6,353 bases of DNA from contig JADFSZ010000104.1 of assembly GCA_022560555.1 (NCBI GenBank), positions 1-6,353 on the forward strand, given 5' to 3'. Position 1 is the first letter of the stretch; each line of letters begins with the position of its first letter. This DNA comes from PVC group bacterium (GTDB lineage Bacteria > GCA-001730085 > JADFSZ01). The position numbers were made by a program, and so were the translations under genes. The notes under the pieces are model-generated. The model saw only the letters and a program-made list of their open reading frames with translations. It was not told the origin of the DNA and ran no database searches. Of this stretch, positions 6,251-6,353 are shown one piece after another.

Positions 6251-6288
6251 ACCGATAATATGAGATATCGTAAAAGGACTTTATTCTC

Positions 6289-6321
6289 TTGACAGACTCT
6301 GCTTGTAAAGATTATTATAAT
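6289..6321 (+). promoter_or_regulatory. Possible divergent sigma70-type promoter reading toward the right window edge
   Basis: A perfect TTGACA lies at 6289-6294. The -10 is either TATTAT (6313-6318, 18-nt spacer) or TATAAT (6316-6321, 21-nt spacer, too long). The target gene is off-window. Confidence 0.35.
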
Positions 6322-6353
6322 AGAAGCTTATATTAAGAAATCTAAATGACAGA

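Noticed and set aside
6168-6353. Glycine riboswitch upstream of gcvT (minus strand)
   Set aside because: I reverse-complemented the region. The predicted leader is only ~40 nt. It lacks the paired aptamer cores (GGAGAG ... CACCGAAGGGGCAA-like segments) and any expression-platform hairpin. Only a CGAAGG fragment is present. A covariance-model scan would be the decisive test.
1-6353. Mobile elements, CRISPR arrays, defence-island hallmarks, tRNA/rRNA genes
   Set aside because: There are no transposase, integrase or recombinase-like ORFs, no terminal inverted repeats, no spaced direct-repeat arrays, and no cloverleaf-capable intergenic segment. Intergenic DNA totals only a few hundred nt. By eye, composition looks uniform across the window.

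Overview
AT-rich bacterial chromosomal window that is almost entirely coding, with 7 CDS. On the + strand: (1) a STAS-domain (SpoIIAA/RsbV-like) protein that probably starts off-window; (2) a translationally coupled 73-aa Cys4 zinc-ribbon-like protein, followed by a good intrinsic terminator; (3-6) a tightly packed four-gene block of a divergent UDP-GlcNAc 2-epimerase-family protein, RNase III (rnc), a PfkB/ribokinase-family kinase, and a PIN-PhoH (PhoH2/YlaK-type) ATPase. Convergent on the - strand is the glycine-cleavage T protein (gcvT), with a near-consensus sigma70-type promoter and a strong SD. A second, divergent promoter-like site faces the right window edge. I see no tRNA/rRNA, CRISPR array, transposase/integrase, phage genes or long repeats. 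Taxon cannot be assigned from the sequence alone. This looks mostly like an ordinary housekeeping region, and I cannot point to a clear new multi-gene system. Features worth a second look: the STAS + mini zinc-ribbon pair with no kinase partner in view; a terminator/leader with no promoter room before the epimerase-rnc block; degenerate nucleotide-sugar motifs in the epimerase homologue; the rnc-PfkB-PIN/PhoH linkage; a 4x heptamer tandem repeat in the convergent spacer; and an inverted repeat bracketing the promoter of a gcvT that lacks neighbouring gcvH/gcvP and a glycine riboswitch.
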